A stretch of DNA of 64,000 bases from an uncultured Actinomycetota bacterium (lineage in GTDB: Bacteria; Actinomycetota; Actinomycetes; Mycobacteriales; Mycobacteriaceae), in assembly GCA_963809085.1 (NCBI GenBank), contig CAWEII010000024.1:6951-70950 (forward strand). The letters are read 5' to 3'. A program made the position numbers and the translations under genes. The notes beneath the pieces are model-generated. The model had not been told where the DNA came from. It saw only the letters and a program-made list of their open reading frames with translations, and did no database searches. This document shows positions 22,809 to 33,269 of the stretch, in pieces. Each line of letters begins with the position of its first letter. The first letter of the stretch is position 1.

Positions 22809-22833
22809 CCACTTTCAACATATAGAGCACGGG

Positions 22834-22852
22834 GGGGCTTGCGGCAAGACCC
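22834..22852. promoter_or_regulatory. 19-bp palindrome resembling the rifamycin-associated element (RAE)
   Basis: GGGGCTTGC-G-GCAAGACCC, 59 nt upstream of the monooxygenase start. Confidence 0.6.
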
Positions 22853-22911
22853 GGGTCGTACCGCAGAATCGCTGGCCGAAGCCCGAAACCTGCGGATATG
22901 AGAGGGGCGAC

Positions 22912-24381
22912 ATGGCCGAACATGCGGTGGTGGTCGTTGGAGGAGGCCCGACAGGGCTGATGCTTGGCGGTGAGTTGGCGTTGGCGGGGGTCGACGTCGC
23001 CATTGTCGAGCGGCGTGCCGACCAAGGGCTGATCGGCGCGCGCGCACTCGGTTTCCATTCACGCACCATCGAGGTTCTCGACCAGCGTGGTATCGCTGAT
23101 CGGTTCATTTCGCAGGGGTACACGGCGCAGGTCGCGGGGTTTGCGAGGAGTTCGCTTCGACATCAGTGAGTTTCCCACCCGGCATCCCTACGGGCTCGCG
23201 CTGCCGCAGAAGCACATTGAGCGCCTCTTGGCCGACTGGGTCGGCGAGCTGGCGGTACCGATCCATCGCGGACGCGAGGTGGCGGGTATCGCGCAGGACG
23301 ACACCGGCGTCGACGTCCAGCTGTCCGACGGTCGATCGCTGCGGGCGGGATATCTCGTCGGATGCGACGGAGGAGGCAGTCTGATCCGCAAGGCGGCCGG
23401 CATCGACTTCGCCGGATGGGATCCGACGACCAGCAGCCTGATCGCCGAGGTCGAGATGGCCGAGGAGCCGGAATGGGGCATCCGCCACGACGCGCTGGGC
23501 GTCCATGGCCTCGGCAAGTTGGAGGATGGGGAGCGCGTGCGGGTCGTGTCACCGAAGCAACACGTCGGACCAAGGCGACGGCCGACCCTGGGCGATCTTC
23601 GCGAGGCGCTCATCGCCGTCTACGGGACCGACTACGGGGTCCACAGTCCCATCTCGATCTCGAGGTTCACCGATATGGCTCGGCAGGCGGCGTCCTACCG
23701 CGAGCGACGGGTGCTGTTGGCCGGCGACGCCGCGCACGTGCATTCCCCGGCGGGCGGACAGGGACTCGACATCGGTGTCCAGGACGCCGTGAACCTGGGA
23801 TGGAAGCTGGCCCAGGTCGTCAACGGCACATCGCCGGAAAGCCTGCTCGATACCTACCATGCCGAGCGGCATCCGATCGGTGCCCGCGTGCTGCGCAGAC
23901 ACCATGGCGCAAACCGCGCTTCATCCGCGGCGACGAACGCATCAAGGCCTTGAGCGACATCATCTCCGAGCTGCTCGGCGATGGACGAGCCTCGCACGCG
24001 ATTCGCGGCGATGATGACTGGTCTGGACATCCATTACGACCTCGGCGACGGGGCACCCGCTGCTCGGGCGCCGCATGCCCGATCTCGACCTGGTCACCGC
24101 CAACGGCCCGCTGCGGGTCTTCACCCTCCTGCACGAGGCCCGGCCAGTGCTGCTCAACCTCGGTGAGCCCGGCGTCTTCGATATCACTCCATGGGCGAGA
24201 TCGGGTTCACCTGATCGACGCCGAAACACGTGGGCTGTGGGAACTTCCGGTGCTTGGCGTGGTCGCGGCTCCCACTGCCGTGTTGATCCGACCCGACGGC
24301 TACGTTGCTTGGGCGGGAGACCTGACCGACCCGCGACTCCCCGACGCGCTCACCATCTGGTTCGGGCGAAATCCGGACTAG
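22912..24381 (+). CDS. Group A FAD-dependent monooxygenase (Rox/aromatic hydroxylase-like), several frameshifts
   Basis: VVGGGPTGLML, LVGCDGGGS, LLAGDAAHVH.PAGGQG, LLGRRMPD, LIRPDGYVAW spread over several frames. Confidence 0.85.
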
Positions 24382-25850
24382 GCGAAGACTGCGAACAACG
24401 CCGCCGCCACGGCGAAGCTCACCACCGACAGCACCGTTTCCAGCACCGTCCAGGTTTGCAGCGTCTGCTTCACGGTCAGGTTGAAGAACTTCGAGATGAT
24501 CCAGAAGCCGCCGTCATTGACGTGGCTGAGGATGATGGAACCCGCCGCGATCGCCATCGCGATCAGGGCCACCGCCATCTGGGAGTAGTCGCCCCCGGTG
24601 ACCAGCGGAGCCACGATGCCACCGGTGGTGACGATGGCGACGGTCGCCGAGCCCTGCGCGATGCGCAGCCCACAGCTGATGATGTAGGCCAACACGATCA
24701 CCGGCAGCCCCGCCGCGGACATCGTGTCGGCCAGGGCGGTGCCAATTCCCGTGGCGGAGATGACCTTGCCGAAGAACGCGCCGGCACCGACGACCAGCAA
24801 CAGCATGCCGACGGGGCGCAGCGATTCGCCGGTCAGGACGCTGAGTTCCTGCACGCTCGCTCCGCGACGGACACCGAGCACGTAGAAGGCGACCAGCACG
24901 GCGATGAGCAGTGCGATTGCGGGTGTACCAAGGAAGGTGAGCACCGAGAGCAACGGTCCCTCATCGAGGAGCTGGGTGCCGAACGTCGCCCCAAGAATCA
25001 GAACCAGGGGTATGGCGATGATCGCCGCGATGAGACCAACCGACGGTGGACTGGTCTTGACGGCTCGGTCCGTCTTGGCGGCCGTCTCCTTGACGGTGCC
25101 GACGCCTCCGCCGTTGGGCGTCCCACCTGGGCCGTCGGAGTCGTGGTCCTCCTCGACGATGAACTCGGGCGGTACCTCGACCATCATCCGCTTGCCGATG
25201 TAGGTGCCCCACAGAATTCCCGCAGCAATGAAACCCGGTATACCGCAGACGAATCCCATCAGAATGAGCCACCCCAGGCTGATCTCGAGCAGGCCACCGA
25301 GCGCGACCGGTCCCGGGTGCGGCGGCAGGAACGCGTGGGTCATCGACAGGCCGGCGACCATGGGCATCGCGTACAGCACCAGCGACTTCCCGCCGCGCTT
25401 GGCGGCCACGTAAACCAGCGGCGCCAGTACGAAGATTCCGATGTCGAAGAAGACCGGGATGCCGAAGATCAGACCAAGCAGCCCCATCGCGACCGGCGCG
25501 CCGCGTTCGCCGAATATCCCGAGCAGCTTGGTCATCAAGACGTCGGCGCCGCCCGAGCGTTCGAGGATTGCGCCCAAGACGGTACCGAGCCCGATGATCA
25601 CCGCGATGTGTCCGAGGATGGACCCGAAGCCCGTCTCCAGTATCGAATCACCGCTCTTGATCGCGGTGCCGACGATGTCCTTCACGGGTAGTCCGGCGGC
25701 CAGCGCAAGCCCGAGGCCGACGAGGAGCAGTGCGATGAACGGCTCCAACTTGACCTTGATGATGGCGAACAGCAGGATCGCGATCGCGAGCCCGCAGAGA
25801 ATCAGCAGTCCTGGCGTCGACGTTCTGAGCCAGTCGATCATGGAACTCAT
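24378..25850 (-). CDS. GntP-family sugar acid:H+ symporter
   Basis: FLPPHPGP, LRIAQGSATVA, SHVNDGGFW. Confidence 0.93.
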   Translation of the reverse strand: MSSMIDWLRTSTPGLLILCGLAIAILLFAIIKVKLEPFIALLLVGLGLALAAGLPVKDIVGTAIKSGDSILETGFGSILGHIAVIIGLGTVLGAILERSGGADVLMTKLLGIFGERGAPVAMGLLGLIFGIPVFFDIGIFVLAPLVYVAAKRGGKSLVLYAMPMVAGLSMTHAFLPPHPGPVALGGLLEISLGWLILMGFVCGIPGFIAAGILWGTYIGKRMMVEVPPEFIVEEDHDSDGPGGTPNGGGVGTVKETAAKTDRAVKTSPPSVGLIAAIIAIPLVLILGATFGTQLLDEGPLLSVLTFLGTPAIALLIAVLVAFYVLGVRRGASVQELSVLTGESLRPVGMLLLVVGAGAFFGKVISATGIGTALADTMSAAGLPVIVLAYIISCGLRIAQGSATVAIVTTGGIVAPLVTGGDYSQMAVALIAMAIAAGSIILSHVNDGGFWIISKFFNLTVKQTLQTWTVLETVLSVVSFAVAAALFAVFA

Positions 25851-25880
25851 GGCAGGGCCCTTCCTGGACGGTGGTGTGGA

Positions 25881-26510
25881 CTAGTTCAGTGATTGCACGA
25901 ATGCGGCAGCGCGAGAGGCGATGTCGGACCAATCGCCAGATGCGACGGTCTGCGGTGACACGACGTCGGTTCCCGCCGTGACCGCGACGGCACCGTGCGC
26001 GAGGTACTCGGCGGCATTGCCTGCATTGACCCCGCCGGAGGGGATCAGCGCAACATCGGGAAACGGCCCGCGTAGATCCTTGAAGTACCGTGGGCCGAAG
26101 GCGCCGGCCGGGAATATCTTCACCGCAGCGGCGCCGAGATCCATTGCGACGAGTATCTCGCTGGGCGTCAGGGCACCCATGATCACCGGAATGCCGCTGT
26201 CTGAACCGGCTTTCGCGACCCCTGGCCGGATTCCCGGAGTGACGAGGAATCGAGCGCCCGCACCGATGGCCGCGTTCGCCTGGTCCGCGGTGCAGACGGT
26301 GCCCATCCCCAGCACCGCATCCGAGGACGCGGCAGCGCTCAGGTAGTCGAGAACCCCCGGTGTGGTGAAGGTAAGCTCGACGGCGCGAATGCCGGAGTGC
26401 GCAAGGGCGTTCGAGAGCGCCACTGGATCGGGGATCTCGGGGGCGCGAACGACGACCAGTGCCCGATCCTGCAGGATGGTCGCCATTGCGGCAGAGGCAG
26501 ATGTAGTCAT
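25881..26510 (-). CDS. eda: KDPG/KHG aldolase
   Basis: ELTFTTP, GMGTV, FLVTPG, KIFPA, PSGGV; ATGA overlap with the upstream gene. Confidence 0.88.
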   Translation of the reverse strand: MTTSASAAMATILQDRALVVVRAPEIPDPVALSNALAHSGIRAVELTFTTPGVLDYLSAAASSDAVLGMGTVCTADQANAAIGAGARFLVTPGIRPGVAKAGSDSGIPVIMGALTPSEILVAMDLGAAAVKIFPAGAFGPRYFKDLRGPFPDVALIPSGGVNAGNAAEYLAHGAVAVTAGTDVVSPQTVASGDWSDIASRAAAFVQSLN

Positions 26511-28120
26511 ATGGTCTGATTCCTCGAGGGGTCCATCCGCAGTGCGCGGCCGGCGAGTCGTCCGGTGGGCTCGCCGTCGTCGATCGCGCACTCGCCGTTC
26601 ACTAGGACATGGCTGATTCCGCGCGCCTGCTGCTTCGGGTTCTCGAACGTGGCGGTGTCGATGACGACCGCGGGGTCGAAGAGCACCAGATCCGCGGCGC
26701 AGCCGACCCGAACGATCCCGCGATCGGCGAGCCGAAGCCGTTCGGCCGCACGTCCGGTCAGATGGTTGACGCACTCTTCCAAGCTGAACAGGCCGATCTC
26801 GCGGACGTAATGGCCGAGGTACCGCGGAAAGGTGCCCCATGCCCTCGGGTGCGGTCTGGCTCCGACCAGAATGGCGTCGCTGCCACCCATGTGCTTGGGG
26901 TGCACCATGATTGCGCGGACATTTTCTTCGTGGCCGACATGCTGCAGGATGGTGGTGGCCAACTGGTCACGCGTCAGCAGGTCGAAGAAGACCTCGACCG
27001 GGGGAATTCCACGATCCGCGGCGATCACCTGGATCGTGCTTCCGACGTACTCGTCGAGCTCGCGGTTGGCCACACCGCTGATCTGGATGGTGTCCCAGTC
27101 GACGGTGACGCCGTGACACCCATCGGAGCCGTTCACGTTGACGTCCTCGGTGATTCGCGTGCGGGTGTCGGGATCCTGCATGCGCTCCAGGGCCACATCG
27201 GGTCCGCCCGACATCGCCCAGCTCGGCAACAGAGCCGACAGCGTGGTGGCGCCGGGCAGATAGGGGTAGGTATCGAGCGTGATGTCGCACCCATCGGCGA
27301 TACCGGCGTCGACCATGTCCAGAAACTCCTGTGCCCGTCCGCGGTTGACGCTGAAGTTCATCGTCGCGTGCGTCAGATGCAGTGGGCAGCCGGTGCTGCG
27401 CGCGAGTTCGATCATCTCCGCGTACGCCTCAAGCGCACCCGCTCCGTAGGACCGGGTGTGCGGGGCGTAGAAGCCGCCGATCTCGGCGACGACCTCGCAC
27501 AGCGCCGCAAGTTCTCCGGTGTCCGCGTACATGCCGGGCGTGTAGGTCAATCCGCTGGACATGCCGACGGCACCCTCGCGGAGGCCTTGCGCGAGAAGTT
27601 CTTGCATGTGCCGGATCTCGGCGGGCGTAGCCGGGCGTTGATCGGCACCGACCGCGAGAAGCCGCAGCGTGCCTTGGGGCACCAGGTAGGCGGCGTTGGG
27701 GGTGATTCCCTGATCGAGCCGGTCGAGGTACTGCGCGACGCTGCGCCAGGAGAAGTCGAGGTCCGTCGGATTGCCGTTCCAGCCGGCGATCTGGCGGCGG
27801 ATCACTGCCAGCGCGGCGTCGTCGACCGGCGCGTAGGCGATTCCGTCCTGGCCGATGACCTCGGTGGTCACGCCTTGACTGATCTTCGGGAAGTGACCGG
27901 GATCGGTGAGCAGTCGCAAGTCGGAATGGGCGTGCAGATCGATGAACCCTGGCGACAGCACGACGCCCTGGCTCGGCTCGATGACCCGGTCGGCTCCAGG
28001 GATGGATCGGGGACGGCCGATGTCAGCGATCCGGCCGTCGTGTATCGCTACGTCCGCTCGGTATCTGTCCGAGCCGGTGCCGTCGACCACGTCGACGTCT
28101 CGAATGAGCAAGTCGGTCAT
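26507..28120 (-). CDS. N-acyl-D-amino-acid deacylase
   Basis: PGFIDLHAHSD, GMSSGLTYTPG, PHPRAWGTFPRYL. Confidence 0.92.
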   Translation of the reverse strand: MTDLLIRDVDVVDGTGSDRYRADVAIHDGRIADIGRPRSIPGADRVIEPSQGVVLSPGFIDLHAHSDLRLLTDPGHFPKISQGVTTEVIGQDGIAYAPVDDAALAVIRRQIAGWNGNPTDLDFSWRSVAQYLDRLDQGITPNAAYLVPQGTLRLLAVGADQRPATPAEIRHMQELLAQGLREGAVGMSSGLTYTPGMYADTGELAALCEVVAEIGGFYAPHTRSYGAGALEAYAEMIELARSTGCPLHLTHATMNFSVNRGRAQEFLDMVDAGIADGCDITLDTYPYLPGATTLSALLPSWAMSGGPDVALERMQDPDTRTRITEDVNVNGSDGCHGVTVDWDTIQISGVANRELDEYVGSTIQVIAADRGIPPVEVFFDLLTRDQLATTILQHVGHEENVRAIMVHPKHMGGSDAILVGARPHPRAWGTFPRYLGHYVREIGLFSLEECVNHLTGRAAERLRLADRGIVRVGCAADLVLFDPAVVIDTATFENPKQQARGISHVLVNGECAIDDGEPTGRLAGRALRMDPSRNQTI

Positions 28121-28142
28121 CAGATTTCGCGCCGCCTAGAAC

Positions 28143-29447
28143 CTAGAAGAAAGTATGGATGAGATCGACGATGCGGGGCTGAGCCGCATCGGCGTCGTCG
28201 ATGACGGGGATCAATCGCCACTTGTCGAATGCCGTGCACGGATGCGACAGTCCCAACCGCACGACGGTGCCGACCGGTACGTCAGTGGCAGCACCGTCGG
28301 CCGGTAGTCGAAGAAACGCGTGCTGGTCGTTGAGCGCGGTGATCTCGGCGGAGTGATCGAGCCTTCCTGTGCCGGCACCCGCGAGGCGCTGCGGTGTCGG
28401 CAGCCCTTCGTCGAACGGGAGGTCGCGCTTGCCCGCGTCGAGCAGCGCCAGTTCCGTCTCGGGTCGAGAAACGGCGCGGGCCCACCCGTGCATCGCCGAT
28501 CGCAGCGGACGCTCGGTCCGCCCGGGGATGAGCGGCGAGATTCCGGCGTAGAACCCGTCGTCGTGAATCACGTACGCGCCCGACCGGAGCACGACCGACG
28601 TGGGCACGCCGTGCTCGCCTCCATCGTCGGCCAGGTGCGCCAATCGCTCGATCACGAGGTCCGGGTATGCGCTGCCACCCGCGGTGATCAAAGCCGCATT
28701 ACCGTAACGTCCGTCGTCGGCGAGCTGGCGGTGCAGCAGCCCGAGTTGGTCGAGATACGTTCCGACGGTGTCGAGTCCGGCGGGCTCACGATCGTGGCTG
28801 AGCGCCCCCTCGTAACCACCGACACCTGCCAGCGTTAGCCGCGCCGCGTGGTGCACCGCCTCTGCGATGGTCCGTGCCGACTCGAGTGTGCGCGCCCCGG
28901 TGCGTCCGTGTGGAGCGCCGAGTTCCACCAGCACGTTGACGGGCCGTTGACCCGGCCGCGAGCCGAGCAGGTGATCCATCAGCTCGACGGTCTGGACGCT
29001 GTCCACCCAGCTGAAGAACTCGAAGGAGGGGTTGCGGTCCAACTCCGAGGCAAGCCAGGCCAGGGCCGAGGGGTCCACGATCGAATTGGCGAGCATGATC
29101 CGGTCGACGCCGAAGGACCGGGCCAGCTGCACCTGCCATGGCGTGGCCAACGTGATGCCGCAGGCGCCGGCGCTCAATTGCATCGCCCACACCTGCGGCG
29201 CCATCGTCGTCTTCCCGTGAGGGGCCAGCAGTACGCCCGCCGACGCAGCCCAGTCGGCCATCACCGCCACGTTCGATTCCATCGCGGCGCGGTCCACCGT
29301 CAGCACGGGTGTGGACATCTGATCCAGGGACGGCGCCGTGCGCAGGAATTCGCGAACGGTCCTGCCCCACGCCGCCGCGGGCAGCCCCTTGTGTTGTGGC
29401 CCCAGGACGCGATCACCGAGCGCGGCTACGGCTGCGGTGTCGATCAC
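28143..29447 (-). CDS. Fold-III PLP amino acid deaminase/dehydratase (DSD1/D-serine dehydratase-like)
   Basis: LAPHGKTTMAP, GYEG, RSGAYVIHD, LNDQH, SHPCTAFDKW; GTG start inferred. Confidence 0.88.
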   Translation of the reverse strand: MIDTAAVAALGDRVLGPQHKGLPAAAWGRTVREFLRTAPSLDQMSTPVLTVDRAAMESNVAVMADWAASAGVLLAPHGKTTMAPQVWAMQLSAGACGITLATPWQVQLARSFGVDRIMLANSIVDPSALAWLASELDRNPSFEFFSWVDSVQTVELMDHLLGSRPGQRPVNVLVELGAPHGRTGARTLESARTIAEAVHHAARLTLAGVGGYEGALSHDREPAGLDTVGTYLDQLGLLHRQLADDGRYGNAALITAGGSAYPDLVIERLAHLADDGGEHGVPTSVVLRSGAYVIHDDGFYAGISPLIPGRTERPLRSAMHGWARAVSRPETELALLDAGKRDLPFDEGLPTPQRLAGAGTGRLDHSAEITALNDQHAFLRLPADGAATDVPVGTVVRLGLSHPCTAFDKWRLIPVIDDADAAQPRIVDLIHTFF

Positions 29448-29466
29448 GGCCGGCCCCCTCGCGTGT

Positions 29467-29487
29467 GCGTTGCGTATTTTGCAACGC
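29467..29487. promoter_or_regulatory. Inverted repeat in divergent intergenic region, candidate IclR operator
   Basis: gcgttgc-gtatttt-gcaacgc, perfect 7-bp arms. Confidence 0.55.
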
Positions 29488-29562
29488 TTATTGCGTCGCA
29501 TGTGCGATGGCAGTTATTCTGCACCAGAGGAGCAGTGACCGCAAGCACTTGAGGAGCTCGAT

Positions 29563-30603
29563 GTGATTTCGCCGACAGCGCCACGTCCCCGCGCGGTCAC
29601 CATTGGCGAGGGCCTCGCGGTGCTGGTGGCGCGGCCCGGACCCCTGGAGGATTCCGAGTCCTTCGAGCGCACCGCCGGCGGCGCGGAGGCCAACGTCGCG
29701 ACGGTTCTCGCCCAGCTGGAAATCGCAGCCGGATGGATCTCCAGAATCGGGGATGACGGATTCGGCCGTTACCTGGTCCAGCATCTCGTCGAACGAGGCG
29801 TCGACGTCTCGGCGGTGGTGACCGACCCCCTGCGTCCCACCGGCCTGTACGTCAAGGAACGCGGCGGCGGTTCCGGTGCGGCCGGCGACTTGGCCGTTGG
29901 CGAGAGTCGCATGCTGTACTTCCGCAGTGGATCCGCGGCGACCGCATTTTCTCCGGCCGACCTCGCAACGCCGATGGCCGTGCGGTGGCTCGAAGGATCG
30001 GCACTCGCACACGTCACCGGAATCACCCCCGCACTGTCACCATCGGCAACGCAGTTGACCGATTCGCTGGTTTCGATGCCGAGGCGTGGTCGCCTGGTCA
30101 GCTTCGATCTGAACTATCGCCCGGCGCTATGGCTCGGCAGAGCGCCGGAGGCAGCGGAGGTGCTTGGGCGGGTGGCCCGTCGCAGTGACGTCGTCTTCAT
30201 GGGCGCCGACGAGTCACTCGCGGTGTTCGGTACCGACGACCCCGCGGAACTGCGGGCGCTGTTCCCCCAACCCGAACACCTGATCGTCAAGAACGACGCA
30301 CATACCGTGACCGGTTTCCACGGCCAGGACAGGGTCGACGTGCCTGCGTTACGTCTGACTGTCGTCGAGAAGATCGGAGCAGGAGACGCCTTTGCCGGCG
30401 GCTTCCTCGCGGGGCTTCTGCGCGGACTCGGGCACGAGGAACGGATTCGGCTCGGTCACCTCTGCGCCGCAGCGGCTTTGACGGGCCACGGCGACATCGC
30501 GCGGCTGCCACCGCTGCAGCGGCTCGAGGAACTACTCGAAGTCGGCGCGGCGGAGTGGACACGACTGCAGGTCGCGAGCGAGCTTGCGAAGCGGATCGCG
30601 TGA
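29563..30603 (+). CDS. PfkB sugar kinase (2-keto-3-deoxygluconate kinase-like)
   Basis: GGAEANVA, SFDLNYRP, GAGDAFAGG. Confidence 0.9.
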   Translation: MISPTAPRPRAVTIGEGLAVLVARPGPLEDSESFERTAGGAEANVATVLAQLEIAAGWISRIGDDGFGRYLVQHLVERGVDVSAVVTDPLRPTGLYVKERGGGSGAAGDLAVGESRMLYFRSGSAATAFSPADLATPMAVRWLEGSALAHVTGITPALSPSATQLTDSLVSMPRRGRLVSFDLNYRPALWLGRAPEAAEVLGRVARRSDVVFMGADESLAVFGTDDPAELRALFPQPEHLIVKNDAHTVTGFHGQDRVDVPALRLTVVEKIGAGDAFAGGFLAGLLRGLGHEERIRLGHLCAAAALTGHGDIARLPPLQRLEELLEVGAAEWTRLQVASELAKRIA

Positions 30604-31357
30604 GCCAGTCACTGTCCCGCGCACTCACCATCCTGGGTGCCCTCGGCGAGGGCCCGAAGTCGTTGGAGCAGCTCGCGGCCCAACTCGACGTGCACAAGTC
30701 GACGGTGCTGCGGTTGCTTCGCACCATGGAGTCCGAGCGCTTCGTGCGCCATGACGCCGACCACCGTTATCTGCTGGCTTCGCGGTTCTTCGAGCTGTCG
30801 AACCGCGCGCTCGAGCAGCGTGATCTGCGGTCGCTGGCCCGCCCGCACCTGACCGCGCTGAACGCCAGCACCGGCCAAACCATCCACCTTGCGGTCTACG
30901 AGTCGTTCGAGGCTGTCTACATCGACAAGTTGGACGCGACCCAGAGCGTGCGGATGTACTCGCGGGTGGGCCGTCCCGCCCCCCTGCACTGCACCGCCGT
31001 CGGCAAGGTTCTGGTAGCCGGCAGGCCCCGATCGGAGTGGCCGCAGATCGCCGAACGGATCGAGTACGCCAAATTCACCGAGCGCACGATCGACTCGCCC
31101 GAACGCTATCTCGCCGAGGTGGAACTCGTTGCCGCGCAAGGCTACGCCGAGGACCACGAGGAACACGAGAGCTTCGTGAACTGTATTGCGGTACCGATCC
31201 GCGACGGCACCGGCACCGTGGCCGCCGCGGTGTCATGTCGGTCCCCGACATGCTCCTCAACCACGAACAGGTACTGGCTACCCTGCCGCAGGTCCGCGCC
31301 GCGGCGGAGGCGATCTCCGACGAGCTCGGCTGGAATCCCCGCCGGGAAAATCCGTGA
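30600..31357 (+). CDS. IclR-family regulator, frameshift near 31235
   Basis: HKSTVLRLL HTH, PLHCTAVGK, CIAVPIRD; C-terminus in the 31037..31357 frame; GTGA coupling to the kinase. Confidence 0.88.
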
Positions 31358-31367
31358 AGGGTATGAC

Positions 31368-31511
31368 ATGACCGACAAGACGGCCGTGTGCTCCGCCGAT
31401 GCACGGTTGATGCGGCCACAGCGTGTCTACCTCACCAAGCGTGAGGACTTCGCGGCCATGAACAGTGCGGAGATGCTCGTCGAGATCGACGCGCTCGCGG
31501 TCACGGATTAG
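31368..31511 (+). pseudogene. Internally deleted RidA-family remnant (47 aa)
   Basis: MTDKTAV / RVYLTKREDFAAMN / EMLVEIDALAV: start, middle and end blocks of RidA joined in frame. Confidence 0.7.
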
Positions 31512-33149
31512 GGCCGCGAAACCCGAGCCTCGTCCCACACCGGTGCCGATGCTTCGTACGTGGAGCCGTCGGCACCGAACACCACGAACCGGTCGAACGT
31601 GCGCGCGAACCAGCGATCGTGCGTCACCGCGACGACGGTGCCCTGATAGCCCTGCAGCGCATACTGCAGCGCCTCGGCGCTGGCCAGGTCGAGGTTGTCC
31701 GTTGGCTCGTCGAGCAGGAGCAACGTCGCGCCGCCCAGTTCGAGCAACAGGATTTGCAGCCGTGCCTGCTGTCCGCCGGACAACGTGTCGAACGGCTGCT
31801 CGGCACTGTGTTGCAGCTCGTAGCGAGCCAGCGCACTCATCGCTTCATTTCGCAGCCGGGCGTACTCGGTCATCACGATCTCGCACGGCGTGCGCCCGGC
31901 CAGATCCGGGCGGGCGTGGGTCTGCGCGAACAGCCCGGGCGTTACCCGCGCGCCCAGTCTCGCGACGCCGCTGTGTTCGACGGGTTCGGCCGGTACGGCA
32001 CCGCGGGGAAGGTCATCGGTCACCGACATCAGCAGCCGCAGGAAATGCGACTTGCCCGAGCCGTTGGAACCCAGCACCGCAACCCGCTCGCCGTACCAGA
32101 TCTCCGTGTCGAACGGACGCATCAGCCCGGTCAGTTCAAGAGCCTCGCAGATCACCGCCCGGCGACCGGTGCGGGCGCCCTGCAACCGCATCGCGATGTC
32201 CTGATCGCGCGGCGCAGCCTCCGGCGGGCCGACGTCCTCGAACCTTCGCAGCCTTGTCATCGCGGCCTGGTAACGCGACGCCATCCCGTCGTTGTACGCG
32301 GCCTTCTGCCGCAGCTCCGTCACCAACCGCCTGAGCTTGGCATGGTCCTCGTCCCACCGACGGCGCAACTCTTCGAGGCGGTCGATGCGGTCCCGCCGCG
32401 CCCGCGAGTACGTTTCGAACCGGCCGCCGTGGATCCACACACGGTGCGACTCCACGGTGACGATCCGCTCGGCGGTCTGGTTGAGGAGTTCGCGGTCATG
32501 TGACACCAACAGCACCGTCTTCGGAGTTTCCCGTAACCGGGACTCCAGCCACTGCTTGCCGGGCACGTCGAGGTAGTTGTCCGGCTCGTCGAGCAACAGC
32601 ACCTGGTCGGGATCCGCGCAATAGCGCCTCCAATACCAGTCGCTTCTGTTCGCCGCCCGACAGGGTGTTCACCAAGCGCCACTGGCATTGCGCGTAGGGA
32701 ACGCCCAGCGCGGCCACCGAGCAAGCGTCCCAGACGTTTTCGGTCTCATAGCCCCCGACGTCACCCCAAGCGGCCAGTGCGTTTGCATACCGCAGCTGCG
32801 CGGGCTCGTCGTCGCATTCCATGAGGACTGACTCCGCCGCCTGTACCGCAGCGGCGGCTTCCCGGATGGGTGGTGGAGCGACCGACAGCAGGAGTTCGTA
32901 GACGTTGGTGGAGTCACGGATGCCGCCGATGAACTGCCGCATCACGCCGAGCCCGCCACTGTGCGAGACGGTGCCCCCTTGTGGGGTGATGTCGCCGGCG
33001 ATCAGGCGCAACAGGGTGGTCTTGCCTGCGCCGTTCGGGCCAACGAGCGCCGCGACGGCACCGTCACCGACGCGAAACGACACGTCGTCCAGCAGCACCC
33101 GACCATTCGGGAGCACGTGGCTGACGTGGCCGACCTCGACATGGCCCAT
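31508..33149 (-). CDS. ABC-F family ATP-binding protein, frameshift near 32610
   Basis: Two ABC domains (GPNGAGKT, LSGGEQ, LLLDEP; GSNGSGKS, LSGGQQ), no TM segments. Confidence 0.9.
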
Positions 33150-33269
33150 GCTGGCAAGTATGGAAATCAACCGGCGGTAGCGCAACGCGTTTTCGCCGGT
33201 GACGTCCTTGGCTGCGAGGCTCGGCCCACCGATGACGACTTGGCTCCTCCCTCTTGCGAGAATGCTCGG

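Noticed and set aside
30555-31511. Apparent IclR-RidA fusion
   Set aside because: A frameshift near 31235 causes read-through; IclR ends at 31357 in another frame
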